This document shows, piece after piece, positions 48,381 to 62,865 of a stretch of DNA of 64,000 nucleotides; position 1 is the stretch's first letter, and every line of letters begins with the position of its first letter. This DNA is from Utricularia gibba (lineage: Eukaryota; Plantae; Magnoliophyta). The notes under the pieces are model-generated. The model was not told where the DNA came from. It searched no databases and was given only the letters and a program-made list of their open reading frames with translations. The position numbers and the translations under genes are program-made. The DNA lies in the NCBI GenBank assembly GCA_002189035.1, contig CM007991.1:1364001-1428000 (forward strand), given 5' to 3'.

Positions 48381-50785
48381 GGAGTAGTACGTGCACCACA
48401 TTGGGACAGCATGCCCAAGTTATTGCATTACCACATCCTGACCAAGATATCATTATGACCATGCAAATGCAACCACGCGCGCCCAAGTTTGATCTTCACA
48501 TCCGAATCCATGAAATCAAGGATTTTATAGATGGGATGAACACGTGTATGAAACTCAAACATATAATAAACGAGAAGTATAGTTAAAAAGATTAAATCAA
48601 ACAAATTATTAATGATTTATAATTTTTTATATATAAAATTAGGTGGTGATTCTAATTATTCTGAATCACTACCTAACAAAAACAATGGCATAAAAGGATG
48701 CTTTCTTGTCATTTTTTTTTATTATATCTTTGTGTTGTATACGAAAAGGTGTGGTTATATAGGGGAGTGGAGAAGGGCGCAGTGTATTCCCTACTTGAAG
48801 CAGTTTGCAGCCCGCAGGAGAGGAGAGGGGATTCATTACATACACATAACACGTACAGTACACCACAGGTTCCTTCAACTTTTCTCTGTCTGCTTCTGCT
48901 TCTCCTTCTGCTTCTTGTTGGTTTGGATGAGAAATGAGGAACCGATCATGTCATGTACGTGGTTTTCCATGAAGAATGATGATGAAACATGAGTGCACTT
49001 TTAACAATATACGCCTCTGTGATAATTGCAAGAGCAGTGTAGTGGGTGTACGTGGCTTCCATTCATTCACTCATATCACGACTTGTCTTCTCATTCTCCT
49101 CTGCCTCTTCAAATTGCTCTGGTTTTTGATCTATTCATCGTTTCAAATCGTGCATCTGGTATGGTGATACTAATCTTTGCCTCTGAGTGCGAAAGGTCTC
49201 GAGTTCGACCCTTGAATGCCCCCTTTTTTTGGCTCGTTTTTTAGTGGTATGTTTTTGAGTGCGAGAGTTCTGATCGTCATATCAATTTTTATCATGTGTT
49301 AGGTAATAAATACTTCTTGAGATATTTTGAATTAGAACAAGAAAGATTTTTTTTGCTTTTTGAATTTCTATATTTGATGATTTTTTTTGTTTCTAATTAA
49401 AATCATTTTAAATTTTTATTAGGATGTGACCTGGAGCGTCGGTTTAGTAAAAAATCCTATAAAAATATATTAACTAAGAATTATAAAGAAAATTACGTAC
49501 AAATTCATGTTGCTGTCACAAGTAGGAAGTAGACTAGTGCCGTTTTCATAGTAGTGTGTTTTCATCTGGATTTTTCAAATAAACCGGTCAAAGAGTCGAA
49601 CTGGCTAACCCGTTTTCAATAATTTACCAGTTAATTGGTATTTTGAATTAAAATTTTTTGATGCTTAAAATTTATTTATTTTTTAAATCTAAAAATAGTT
49701 AAAGATTCAAAAAGTTATGTTTAATAGTTAAAAAATTATTTTTATGATATTAATATTTTAATTAAATTAATACAATTTATTACCATGAAACTGATATTTG
49801 ATTGGTCAAAGTTGGATTTGACCGGTCAAATCCATATATGAATCGAACCGGGTTCAAACCGATCTGGTTTCTAAACCTCATTTGAAAACAAAGACTTTGT
49901 TTAGTTAGTTGATTTAGATTTTCATGAATTTAGAATATTGGAATTTAGACAAACTCAAATATATAGGTATAAAAATATCTGTACCTCCTTAGGATTATAA
50001 ACCATAATTTTATTAAATTTATTATAAAACAATCTTATACTTTCATATCAAACAAATCGAATTTGAAATCATGTCATATCATATTCACATTGAAACATCC
50101 CCTTAATTAATATTTAAAAAAATATTTTTTTCGAGTCATGAGAGTGAGAGGCGACAAGAATGTGGGATGGTCATGGCATGAATGATTCCGCCTGCCATTG
50201 TAATGGACACATATTGGAGAAAATAGGACAAGTAGTAGGTAGCAATCAGCATGTGTTGGAATTTGATTGAGAAATAATGAAATGCCATCACCCACTGGGG
50301 CCTTTGTTATTACAAACCAGTGACACAGTTTGTGATGTAGGTTCTAGAATCCACTTGTTGATGGATTCTTCTGCCAACGACCACTACGAGGTTGTTGTTA
50401 TGCAGTTAGTTCTTCTGGAAGTGCACATTCCTACATAGGAAACGTGTGGAGTTCTGAATGAACACCTGATCAACTAACTTTAGGTTGTTTCAAGTTTGCA
50501 ACTCACATGGAAAGCCTTGTACGGTTGCACTTCTTCTACACCCAAAACCATGCTGATTCTTTTTTTCTTGTTTAGGGAAATGCTTGAACGAATTTCCTGT
50601 AAAAAGTAACGGTTAGTTTTGAAGAAGGGTCCTATACGAAAATGTACCTAAAAACTCGATCCACTTGGCGTACCATTTGCTGCTTATATAAACATGGAGG
50701 GGAAGGTGTTTGAGTTTTAACACAATATTGGGTGTTGGTGGAGGCCTTTGAAGTTGCATATAGTCTAAAGGATGGTCTAGTCCTG

Positions 50786-50831
50786 TCTTCTTCTTCTTCT
50801 TCTTCTTCATCTTTTGTGTGTGTGTGTGTGT
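50786..50831. repeat. Compound (CTT)n-(TG)n microsatellite in MATE leader/promoter
   Basis: TTC run 50786-50808 followed by GT run 50815-50831. Confidence 0.85.
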
Positions 50832-51001
50832 ACTAATAATCAAGATGTTGCAGCATAGTTTCTTGTAGCGTTTGTTGGCTCCTAGCTTATGAAAAAGCTT
50901 TACATCTATCCTTTCTTACTGGAAGGGGGATGGTGACTAACTTCACTGAGATTCAGGGTAACAACTGAGCTCCGGTTTGGACGAAAAACAGATCGATAAT
51001 C

Positions 51002-53601
51002 ATGGATGATGCTGCTAGAAAATGGAGCATTCCAATGTTCGTGTTCTTCACAGACTTGAGGTACCAAAAGCAGCTCTTTATGAAATTCTATATTTGCTGT
51101 TTTTCATTTTGCTCTTCATGAGTGCAGGTATTTGTTCAAAAGGGATTATCTTGGGACCGAAATCATTGGTATTGCTTTACCTGCTGCTCTGGCTCTGGCT
51201 GCTGATCCCATTGCTTCATTGATAGATACTGCGTTTATTGGACGTTTAGGTACATGGGCATGCGTCCTTTCGGTACGCTGTTGTTTTGATAGAAAGTTAC
51301 TGAACTTTTGATCTGCATGAACAGGTCCTGTTGAGATTGCAGCTGTGGGAGTTTCTATAGCTATCTTCAACCAAGCATCCAAAGTAACCATCTTCCCACT
51401 TGTTAGCATTACAACATCGTTTGTTGCAGAGGAGGACACGATTAAGAGAATAAACGATGAGCAGCAGAAGGATGATGGATTGGAGAAGGGGTTGTCTAGG
51501 AACAAAGAAGATGAGAACTTGGAAAAGAGCTCAACTAAAGAGGGGGCCAATACTGCAACTTGTAAACAGTTTCTTTTTAAGTTTTGTGGTCATTACATGT
51601 GCTTGATCGTTATCAGTTTCTTTCTCAGCTGAAGCTGAAGCAGCACCGCGGAACTCCATGTGTTTCGGATTCGACACAGGGAAATGGAAACCAGAGAGGC
51701 GAGTCATTCCTTCTGCATCCACAGCATTGTTTGTTGGAGGTGTTCTTGGGTTTCTCCAGACAGTGCTGCTGATATTTCTAGCAAAGCCACTGTTGAGGTT
51801 GATGGGTGTGAAACCGGTATAACTGAACTTTTCATGGAAAGAAGATATGTTCAATGTTAGGCCTGTTTAGTATCAGTTCTGAAGTTGCTTTGTTTCTTAA
51901 AATGCAGAGATCTCCAATGCTAGCGCCTGCAGAAAGGTATCTGACTATTAGAGCACTTGGTGCACCAGCAGTGCTTCTTTCTTTGGCTATGCAAGGGGTT
52001 TTTAGAGGATTTAAGGACACTAAAACTCCTCTCTACGCTACTGGTAAATGGAAAACTCACCAAGCAGAAAGAATTTTGCAGAACTGGATATGTTTACTGA
52101 ATGATCTCTTGTTCTGTCAACAGTTGCAGGAGACTTGATGAACATCATACTGGACCCAATTTTGATATTTTCATGCCGACTTGGGGTGACTGGAGCTGCG
52201 ATAGCTCATGTTATTTCACAGTAAGCTCTCAAAAAAAAAAATAAAAAAAAATCTTACAAAGAAGAAAACTGAGGTGTTTTAGTGATAGGAGTTCATGACT
52301 CCCTATTGAAGGCTGCAAATTTCCTGAAATTAATTCTTGGTGAAATTTCAGGTACCTGATATGTCTGATTCTGTTTGTCAAGTTGATTCAGCAAGTTCAT
52401 CTGTTGCCACCAAGCATCAAGGACTTGCAGTTCAGCAAGTTTCTGAAGAATGGCAAGCATCTTTGAACCTTCCATCATTTCAGACTCTTTCATCACGCTC
52501 AGGTTTCACTTTCTGATGCAGGTTTGCTTTTACTAGCAAGAGTCATAGCTGTAACCATCTGTGTGACATTGGCTGCATCCATGGCGGCGAGGCTGGGCAC
52601 AACTCAGATGGCAGCATTTCAAATATGCTTGCAAGTTTGGATGACAACTTCCCTTCTTGCTGATGGACTCGCAGTTGCTGGACAGGTAAGGCAAAAAATG
52701 CAGCAGTACTCCTCACAATGTGAGCAACACCAGTTCACACAAGCTTTTCTATTGAATTTTCAGGCAATTCTTGCTTGCTCTTTCGCTGAGAAAGATTATC
52801 GAAAAGCTACAGCAGCTGCAGCACGAGTACTTCAGGCAACATACCCTTTTTTAATTTCAGAAAACATTGTTTCGGCTTCAATTCTAGCACTGTTTCCATA
52901 AAAGTTTCTTTGGCTTTACTTGTAGATGGGATTTGTGCTTGGACTAGGCCTCTCTCTCGTGGTTGGACTGGGACTCTACTTTGGTTCAAGCATATTTACA
53001 AGGGACATAAGCGTTATTCACATGATCACCAGAGGAATACCAGTAACATCACAAACTCCATAAACTAAACATTTGTCCTTTTTAAACTCTCATGCTAATA
53101 ATATCTTGTGCCACCAGTTTGTAGCAGCCACACAACCTCTCAACTCGCTAGCTTTCGTCTTCGATGGAGTTAACTTTGGAGCTTCCGACTTTGCATACTC
53201 CGCATGCTCCATGGTAATCTCAGTTCACAAGTATATGAAATTGGTCACAAAACATTCGCCTCCAGCTTTAACACAAATTCTCCTTCATCATCACTCCATT
53301 TCCTAAGGTCATGGTTTCACTTGTGAGCATTGGGGCCTTGTTTGTTCTATCGAAAACCAGCGCGTTTGTGGGAATATGGCTTGCTTTAACCATCTACATG
53401 GGACTGAGAACCTTTGCTGGACTCTGGAGGTACATCTGATCATCAACCAACTGGGGTCAAGAGCTTTACTGTTTAGCATCCATGAAATGAATGCATCATG
53501 ATCTCAGAAACTTTTGATCTGGGTTTGAATGCAGGATGGGGACAGGAACAGGCCCTTGGAGATTCCTCCGGATTGGTCCACAACCACCTAGTAGCATATG
53601 A
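51002..53601 (+). CDS. FRD3-like: Citrate-exporting MATE transporter, FRD3/DTX43-like
   Basis: IALPAALALAADPIASLIDTAFIGRLG; citrate-exuding motif PLVSITTSFVAEED; QGVFRGFKDTKTPLY; ending GTGTGPWRFLR. Two introns need GC donors. Confidence 0.9.
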
Positions 53602-54259
53602 CAACAAATAGAATGCCTGTGTTTACTTGTTGAGAATGCCTTGGAATTCTCATATGTCAACTACTTGTTCTATAAGCATAAAGCCTCATTAATACCTTTA
53701 TGTTGCTGCTAAAAATTATGATCCGTAAGGCCCTAATGGCTATCCTTTGCTCTTGTTTGATAGTACTAGAAAAATTCAACCCCTGCAAATTGAAATTTAG
53801 TAGTTATTGCTGTACAACTAACAGCTGTTGCTTATCCAGAGGAGAAATTGCGCTTGTTTTCATACTTGTAGTGGAAGGGAATACAGGAATGCGAAAACCA
53901 AATATAGATGTGCAACTTAAGCAGTGAATACAGAGTGATTAGGAACACTTGGTACAGAAGAAGTAGAGCTAGCCTATGCTCAGATCACATGAGCTGTTTT
54001 CTGCAGTACAACAGTTACAACAGCCCCCATATAAGCAAAATACACTTCAAAGTCCCTTGAATCAATGAAATGAATTAGACTGGGGCGCTGATACAGAGCA
54101 AAAACATGATAAAAGAATACACTTCATGGCTTCTCGAATTCCCACAGAGCTTTGTTATGTCTGGGGTTCACCTTCAGGCTGGAAAAATGTAGCATGCCTC
54201 CTAAGGAAAAAAAGCTATTGAACCGATAGCAGAAGTCATAGTTCTGCTATTTTAGGTTG

Positions 54260-56401
54260 TCAGCTGTCGAGTTGCATCTGCTCAAGCCAAGCTTCTACAA
54301 CAGAATGATCATTCGGGTCGACATGAAGAGATGGTTTAGGACAATCACCGGATGGTGCAGGTGCCATGCTGGAAATTGTAGCGGTTTTGTGCATCATCTC
54401 AGGTGGTGATTCCTTGACCAAGGACTGCACCCACGACAGATCGGGTTCATCCCCATCAGCCTTGAGCTCAAATGATGATGATCTCTGGTTGGCTTCGTCA
54501 GTCCCAGCAGGCCAATCATGTCTACCATTTGGAGATCCGAAATTGAGCCAAGCAGTGTTAGCACGGGAGCTGGGGCACCGGATCTGCAGCTGCTGTTTCT
54601 CCTGCTGTGCAAGAGCTGTGAGACGAGCAGCCACCGGGGATGCTGGTTCTTGGCTTCTTGGTGATGATATTCGCGGTGATGAGACACCAAAAGAAGCCTG
54701 CAAAAAAGAACGCTCGACATTTCTTGGAGTAAAGACATTAGAGGTATTAATAGGCGACAAAAGTCTCTGCTGAGGATGCATCTGATTGAGGACAGCTGAT
54801 TTCCGTGTGGGAGAAAAAGCACCAAAAGAAGCTGTCTGATCTGAAAATCTGGGGGACGACGCAACATCACCAGAGAAGAGCTCCTCAAGATTGGATGGGG
54901 TTAGTGTGGTATTAGATCGGCCAAAACTCAAAGTCGAATTAGGCCGTGGCTGCGAGAAATGCTCCATTTCAGAGTAAGCAAACTGCTGATTGTCATAATC
55001 CGGCAACACACAAAGTTCCTCAGGTGGTAGATCACGTGCATTAAGCGCTGATCTCAGGCGGCTGGACTGTAAGTTGCCACCAGGAAGATAGAGAGTTGGA
55101 ACATTGGCTTGAGTCCAAGGCGGAGTCAAGTGAGACATCCCACCTGCTGTAGGTGACATGGCTTGATTGAAAACAGGGGACATTACAGACTGCGAAGTTG
55201 GTGAACCAGGAAGAGCGTTAATAGCCGCAGCCATATCCATGAAACTTGGCCCAGAAGCAATTGATCTTGGAGATGGAACACCAGATCCAGAGGAGACATA
55301 CAATGGACGAAGCTCTTCCCGGGTATGGGCAAAGAAGCACACTTGCCTATCGCAGCTTGTGCCATCTTTACACAGCCTAGTGCGGTACTGAGCAGGATGG
55401 AGCCAACACTCAAAGACACCATGCGCATATTCACACATATCACCATGTCTGCAAGCTCCCTTACGGAAGTCAGGACATGGGACACAACTGTAGTGATACT
55501 TTCTTGGATCTCTTCTACGAGCATTTTCCCCAGGGTGCGCAAAAGGACACTCAGTCCAATCATGAGAATATGCCCTTGAACACGGCCTCACCTTAAATGA
55601 ATACATCCGGAACTCATCACTTGAATAGACACCATCTCTGATGTCAGGAAAAGATGGATCTACAGGGTATTGCTTCTTATCTGAAAAAGAATTTGCAGAA
55701 GCACCACAAGGTTTGGTGACCATTGGAGAGGACATAAACTCTGATGGAGAACATGGAGACCTAGTTTCTGGAGATGATGATAATGCCGGAAAAGATACAC
55801 TGTTGCTCGATATAGAAACACGCGATTTGCATTCATCAAAAGATCCATCAGAAAGATTGCTCATGAGCAACTCTTCAAGAGCATTTCTAGCACCAGGAAG
55901 CTTTGGTGGAACTACAATTACATCCACAGGCCGTCGGCCATTAGCATCACGGATACATGGATCTGACCCTGCAGATAAAAGAAGTTTAACAGCATCAAAT
56001 GCATGAACTGTGCCTCCAGATGCTGCACAATGGAGAGCAGTCCATTTGTCTTGGCCACAACTCCTATTCAAGTCAACTTCAGGAAGAGTCACTAAAAACT
56101 TTATAACATCAACACTTCCATATGAGGCAGCTACCATAAGAGGAGTTCTTTCCTCCTCAATGATTTTCTTAGACTCTTTGTTTCTAGTATACCAAAGGCC
56201 AGGACAATCAACTTCCAGCGTTGCTGTACCCAAAGATCTCTTTAACGCTTCAATGTCATTGTTAGCAGCCAACTCTAGCAAACTGAAAACTAAATCCCCC
56301 ATCTCTCCGGATAGTTTGTTCAATCCCTGTGTTGTGCTTGGATCTGCAGCCTCCTGGCTAGGGGACGAATTTGATTTTGCTTTCTCTGGACCACTACACA
56401 T
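54260..56401 (-). CDS. Ankyrin-repeat tandem CCCH zinc-finger protein (RR-TZF, C3H30/56-like)
   Basis: Intronless 713-aa ORF with ankyrin repeats ([21 protein letters not shown]), [25 protein letters not shown] and [20 protein letters not shown], and [12 protein letters not shown]. 5'UTR intron acceptor near 56412. Confidence 0.95.
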   Translation of the reverse strand: MCSGPEKAKSNSSPSQEAADPSTTQGLNKLSGEMGDLVFSLLELAANNDIEALKRSLGTATLEVDCPGLWYTRNKESKKIIEEERTPLMVAASYGSVDVIKFLVTLPEVDLNRSCGQDKWTALHCAASGGTVHAFDAVKLLLSAGSDPCIRDANGRRPVDVIVVPPKLPGARNALEELLMSNLSDGSFDECKSRVSISSNSVSFPALSSSPETRSPCSPSEFMSSPMVTKPCGASANSFSDKKQYPVDPSFPDIRDGVYSSDEFRMYSFKVRPCSRAYSHDWTECPFAHPGENARRRDPRKYHYSCVPCPDFRKGACRHGDMCEYAHGVFECWLHPAQYRTRLCKDGTSCDRQVCFFAHTREELRPLYVSSGSGVPSPRSIASGPSFMDMAAAINALPGSPTSQSVMSPVFNQAMSPTAGGMSHLTPPWTQANVPTLYLPGGNLQSSRLRSALNARDLPPEELCVLPDYDNQQFAYSEMEHFSQPRPNSTLSFGRSNTTLTPSNLEELFSGDVASSPRFSDQTASFGAFSPTRKSAVLNQMHPQQRLLSPINTSNVFTPRNVERSFLQASFGVSSPRISSPRSQEPASPVAARLTALAQQEKQQLQIRCPSSRANTAWLNFGSPNGRHDWPAGTDEANQRSSSFELKADGDEPDLSWVQSLVKESPPEMMHKTATISSMAPAPSGDCPKPSLHVDPNDHSVVEAWLEQMQLDS

Positions 56402-57827
56402 AGTCTAGTTAACTGCAAAGAAAAAAAAACACCACAACTAAAATTAAGAAACCTATTGAGAGCCATAGAAGTAACAAAACAACCAAACCGGCTGAAAAAA
56501 AAAACCAGACCCAGAGAGGGGACACCCACCCCACGGAGCAATGAATGTTACACTTATACATAAGATAGAAAAATGAAATGATATATACCCAAGATATGAA
56601 CTTAATATGAAATTTTGAAAATACCAGAGAAAAAATCACACTTTTGCGGACATAAATGTGAAATGAAAGGACTTCTCTTTTCATGCTTCTCCTATAGCGA
56701 CAGGCTTAAATAAAACATGAGGTAGGGGATTCATAGAGTTCCATAATCTTTAACTGAAACAAAACGTATGAATCTTTACGAGCACAGCAAGCGAAGCTCG
56801 TAATCTGGTCCCTCGACAATATTTATAAAGGAGCCAAAATATAATCAAACCTTGCAAACAATTCCTGCGCTCAGAAAAAATAACAAAAAAAAAACATATT
56901 CTTAACAAAGAACGCGCATATATTCACCGAATATTGGTCCAACCATTCACCACCGGCATACGAAAAAAATATATTCGAAATCATCCAAATAAAAAGCAAG
57001 AACACAAGACTATGACAAAAAAAAAAAAAAAATCAGAATCATCATCCGCAAAATCTATCAAATATTCAATCTCATCCAAAATCGATTTCTGTTAATAAGT
57101 TCACCAGAACAAGAATGATCAAATTCATTAAAACGAAACAAAAGAAAGTTGAGAAACCAGAAGCACTAACCAAAGATCCAAACCAAAACGGCTCCTGGGA
57201 AGATCTGAAAACAGAAAAACTCACTAGCCCATCAAAAGACTCCTCTGGTTAGAGCCGAAGAATCTAAAAAAAGCAAATTAAGATAATCGGAAGCAGGTAC
57301 AACGGCCTTCGCAGTACACATTTCAAGTAGTGTAGAGCGAAAAAAAAAAAGAAAAGAAAAAGCAAACTTGAAGAGAAGGGTATGAGGAATGGGATGTAGC
57401 AAGTGGGGATGGGAAGAAAGGAGAAGAAAAATCAACGAGAAAGCGACAGCTTGTGTTTGCAAAGTGTACTAACCGCAGAGCGAGTGGGGCAAAGGGAGCC
57501 GGTTTTGAAACTGAAATGACACCGTAATGAAGTTGAAATTCAAATTTCGATACAAATGCAAATGCCACCAAGATTTCCTTGAAACGCGTGCGAAATAACA
57601 AGGAACCGACTTCCCTTTCTTTTTTTAATTTTCTTTCACACAATAAGTAATAAAATATTCAATTTCACAGTTTTTTAATCAAGTTATCCCAATAAATAAC
57701 TTATACTAAAAACAAAAAAAATAACAGTTGGCACAGTGCCACTTATTTTGTTAGTCTTTTCTTACAAGAATAATACAACGAATACAAAAATAATAATAAT
57801 AAAACATGGGCTGCCCAAGAGAAAAGT

Positions 57828-60800
57828 TCATGGCTCAACTAGAAAAGGCTTCAGCGTCGTCAGGACAGCAACTGCCTCTATTACATTGAGGATGAAGAAC
57901 ACCATCTGATCCCCTGCATTCATAAAAAACACAGCAGTTATCTGTTTCCCCTGTAATGAGGCAACCATCCATCTGTCGGAAATGATAATGGCTTCTACAG
58001 GAGGAGGAGAATGCGTGCACAAGAATGGTGCAGTTGAGCAAACGTACCAGGGAGGAAGTGAGCATGCAGCCGCTTCTGTGACCAGGAAAGCCTGCATATC
58101 AGATGATGCTCTCTTACAAGGTTTCTTTGAGAAAATGTCTAACTGAATGCGGGAGAAGTTGTCTGGAAGCCGGCAGAATGGGCGTGTTGTGAGAACAAGG
58201 GGGATTGAGGAAGCTTACACAGTTCCGCCTCCTGCAGGGCCAATGGCTTTGCAAAATGACATGAAGGTCATGGCAATGCCGTTTGCAGCTCCTCTTTGGT
58301 GTTGTGGCTATTGCAATTTGATTCATGAGTTCATGGAAGTTTGCAGATTCCCAAAAATCGAGAGAGATGGCTTGGAGGACTTACCACAGCTCTGTTTTGC
58401 AATACGAACAGCCCAGTAACAATAAAGACCTGGTTTCAGGAACTTCACAAATCAATCTTGTTTGCAGCAGATGAGGATGTTATAGAAACATCAACATGAT
58501 GGAAGGAGAGTATCCATGAGATGAAACTATGGGAAAAGTAATCCAACTTACAGAGAGAACATTCTTCAGTACAGAAGCAATGTTCAACAAAATGAACAGT
58601 GGGATCCCAGATAGCATGGCTATGTAATGGTAACTTGCTAATAGAGGAATTGAGATGATCTGTGACAGGGTAAAGCAAAATTTGGTCAATAAACTGGTTA
58701 CCTGAATCATATTTTGGATATCATGTTAACTTACTCCAAGCACCCGAGCAAGCTTCACAGGACCCATGAATTTCTCAAGAGGTGGAAATAGAAGAGACTG
58801 AAAGAGCATAAGTCCAAAACCTGCAATATGCATATAAACAACATAAGGGATGATAACACAAATGATGAAAAAACTTGTTTCGTTGAACTGGAAATTGTTC
58901 AACGTAGCAGCGGTGGTTTTTGACATAAACTTTGCAGGGATGCCTATCATTCAAAAGGGCAAGCTCTACGAAAAGAATGCAAGATAGCTAACTGTAGATG
59001 CTCCATACCTGATATTGCAAGAATTATCCCTACTTCCTTGGTAGTGTACTCCAATCCTCCAAGGTTTCTTGGGCTCTCAGCCCACAATGAAAATATCTGT
59101 TGAGGAATAAGTTACAAGGGTTTTTTCACATGCTGAAAGAAGGCTAATCACGTCAAGAGCTCTGAGCTCAAGTGAATAGGTAGAAGTTCAACAAATCAAA
59201 ATGACGGTTTTGGAGCTAGGAAGCAGACAACTAGCGCATAGGCAAGCATCACCAAACAAGTAATCCACATTCCAGGAAAGTGTAAATTTACCTCTGAGTA
59301 GGCCATATCATGAAGCGAGAAAATACAATATACGATAATGGATGACATAAGAGGCCAGTTCTTAAAGAGGCTTTCTTTGGATTCTGGTCTTTTTATCTCC
59401 CCTTTTATTTCTTGATTTGCGGATTCCAGTGCATTATAAGAAACAGATAACATTTCCTTGCTGTGGTTGTGCATGGTTTCCTGAAGTTTAATAAAGACTG
59501 CAAACTAAGCTACACTGACTTAAGTAATCAATTAAAACTTAACATCAAGACCAATATGACACACCACGAAAGCAAGCATTTATTTGTGAGGAATCTACGA
59601 GCAAAAAGCATACCGGGATCCAGAAACATATAACAGTCACCACAACAGCAAAAAGCGAAGGTATGAGACAAGGCAAAAAGTATGGGAACCTACAAAACAT
59701 ATTATTGCATCAGTAATCGAGAATTTTAGAAGAAAATGCCAAAACAAAGTTAGGAAGAAACTACCTTCCAAAGAAAGAATCTGGTGAAAAGATTCCAGGG
59801 AATTTCTCGGCAGGCTTCAAAACACACACGTTAGAAGCAGAACATGTTGTAGAGATTAATGAGGAGGAATCAGAATCTGAAGACTCTTTCTATTGAGCTA
59901 CTAGCTCCCCTACAGACGTTGGTTTTTTTACATCTATCCACAAGCAGATATTTTCTTTTTCAAAAGGCTGCAGTTTATTCTTGTATATGTTTAAATTTTT
60001 TTCAGCTCATTTCATATTGATGGGGGTAAACGCTTAAGTTCTTTCAGCAGTACCATGTATCAGTGACATTGTTTAGGAAAAATATGCATTATTGCTATAA
60101 GGAAAATTAGGATAAAAGTGACGAAATAGGCTCCTTGAAAGCAGATGCAGTTAAATAATGATACCCTGTCTTGTATTCATAGAAAGCTACACCCTAGAGG
60201 GGGTGGTTCTCGGGTATCACTTTGAATCAACTTATATTATCTTGGAAATAGGAAATAAGTGTCCAGCTAGGAGAAAAGTGTATGACCATGAGAAGAAAAG
60301 TACACACATCAGTACCTGAGCGAGAAATCCACCTAATGCTGGTCCAATAATTAATCCTGTGGCCCATGATGTAGTGACCTATAGAACCGATAAAGTAGTA
60401 ATCAGTGCTACAACATGTAAACCATGAAAAACCGAACAAGGGAAAGTATTTTTGAACCGTCGATAAAGCAGATGAAGAGTTATGTGGCAAAAAATAGTGT
60501 TTTTCTACTAGTTGGCTTATTGCGTTTGGTTTGCAATGTATATATAGGCATACAAAACACTATCTTAAATTTGTATCCTGAATGAAACAAACCAATTCCA
60601 AGCTTGTTTCTTATGACAACAATACACCAAATAAACCCAATGAATGTAATTGACCAGGATTTACCGCTGATAATCCGAATGACTGATGTTCATCTCGAAC
60701 TATTTCACATGCATATGCCTGATCATGGACAAAACAAAATGTGAAATTTCTCTCAGTAAACTAGGAGACACATTCCACTTTCAAAAAGCCAAAAGTCATA

Positions 60801-62180
60801 TGATCTGCTCCCTAAAAACTGCATACCTTGACCGGTCCTAGTATACCATTCAAACTTCCAAGAAGAAACCTTGTCGTGATTGCCATCCAAAAGTTTACGC
60901 TTAATCCAAAAAGCGTGTTGAAAACAACCCTGTAGATCAACAAGAATCTCTTACTTAACACATACAGACGAGTATAAAGGTTTTCAAATAATCTGATGAC
61001 TAACACTGTAGCAGAGCCTATGATTAATACAGGTTTCCGACCATATCTATCCGCAATGGATCCCCAAAAACAGATGTCAATACTCTTCCAAGCATGTACG
61101 CAGATCCTTCAGAGGATGTTCAGGATCAGAAACAGAAGTATAATTTGGGGAATTTAGAGAAGATAGTTAAAAAAAACTCAGAAACGAGTTACTTTACCTA
61201 CAGCACCAGCATAATAGCCAATATCTTCTGGTCTTTTTGCTATATGAAAGTCCCGTATCTGAAACATGAGATACAACAAAGTGGAAGTTTATTGCTTTCA
61301 ACTGAACGTGGTCATTCAGTTTTATCCGATACTAGAAACTCTTCGCCGATCTACATGCTCCTTTTATCCATTACATAATTATTTCAGGCATAAAACAAGA
61401 AAAAATAACTGAAAATTTACAAACTTGAGTAAATATAATATTTGCTCTATTGAGTAAGTCAAAGTTAATGACTTGAATGCTTACCATGAAATACAGGAAA
61501 GGGAAGAGCGAGGATATGGTCAAGGCTGCAATTCAAAAAGCAAACATATCAAAGAAGAATGGAAAATAATCAGCGAACAAGTGAAAACAAAACTATTGCC
61601 GTTAATAGAAAATCACCAAATAAAGAAAGTGGTTCAGCTAAACAGGGCTTCAGGGCAAAGAGCTCAAGATAACCATTACCAAGGGCTTCGCACCCCACCA
61701 ACCATCTATCATGCTAAATCCTTCATTAACACATCACAGAACAGGGCTGCAAGGATCATTAGCCCATTTTTAAATTTCACTCTCTCAAATTATTAAATAT
61801 TGTCCTCAAACAATACATGCTGGAGATAACTCATAAATTATTCAAGTTCCTATGATTATTATTCAAACGCCGGATGCTACTGCCACCCCAAGCACAAGAA
61901 CTCAGGTCATCAAACGAAAACCCCTAAAACAACACCTTCCCAGTGGAACCCACCAAAATCCCAGAAACCTTACCATGCCAAAACACCATTCAACAAAAAA
62001 AGTCACAAGCTTTAAGATTCCATTACCGGTTGAGAGCACAATCAGCCAAACAAGAAAAATTTTCTTAATCGGCAGGCCTCGCTGCGTCTCCTTTTCCTGA
62101 TCAATCCTACAACCAGGACATCCATCAACGTACACATGCTTCTGCAGCAAACTCTCCCTATTCTCATTCCCACTCGCCAT
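57828..62180 (-). CDS. ZIFL1-like: ZINC-INDUCED FACILITATOR-LIKE MFS transporter, 17 exons
   Basis: GCPGCRID N-terminus; [11 protein letters not shown]; [13 protein letters not shown]; [11 protein letters not shown]; ending KPFLVEP*. All 16 introns resolved as GT-AG. Confidence 0.92.
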
Positions 62181-62865
62181 TTCTCTGGGAAGAATTTTCT
62201 AAACATCATCCACATATAAACACGTGAAGTTTTACCAAAAACCCAGTCCCCCGGTCTCACAGGCATGGCCCCAGTCAGGAGTGGGACTTCACTTGCTTCA
62301 CATCATCGGTTTTCCATGTGCCACGCCTCTGAGCCAGTCAAGTCATAGAAGTAACCACCATTCAATTTTGCCACCCCTTGCCTTCATCTCAAGATAGACA
62401 TGGCTACTCCCCCCAACGGCCCAACATCACATCATCAAATGAATTCGTTTGACTATCCTCCTTCATGCATCACGACGATTTAATGATTACCCAAATATTT
62501 TGATTTTTTAATTAGAAATGCCAGATGAGCGTGTGTTATTTACATTATTGCCCCATTCTTTTTTTTTCCATTTATTTAGTACAATGACCTTTTTATAAAA
62601 TAAAAAAACAGTATAAAAATACTATATCAACAATTTGTTTATTATTACGAATATTTAAACAAAATAATTCAGTATTTTTTTAATTACGAAAATAACACGG
62701 ATGAAAATCATTTTTCAAATAATCATGAGCATATTTAAATAGATTTAATACGTTTTACTACTAAGACAGGTTCTTTAGAGAACAACCTCGCGGAATGGCG
62801 CATCAGCAGAAATGCATTCAACACACTAATTGCTATCTCTGGGTTAGTGGAGCCATTGCTAACAA

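Noticed and set aside
48960-49110. TGAGTGAATGA resembling the miR159/319 precursor loop
   Set aside because: No mature miR159/319 sequence at the expected spacing.
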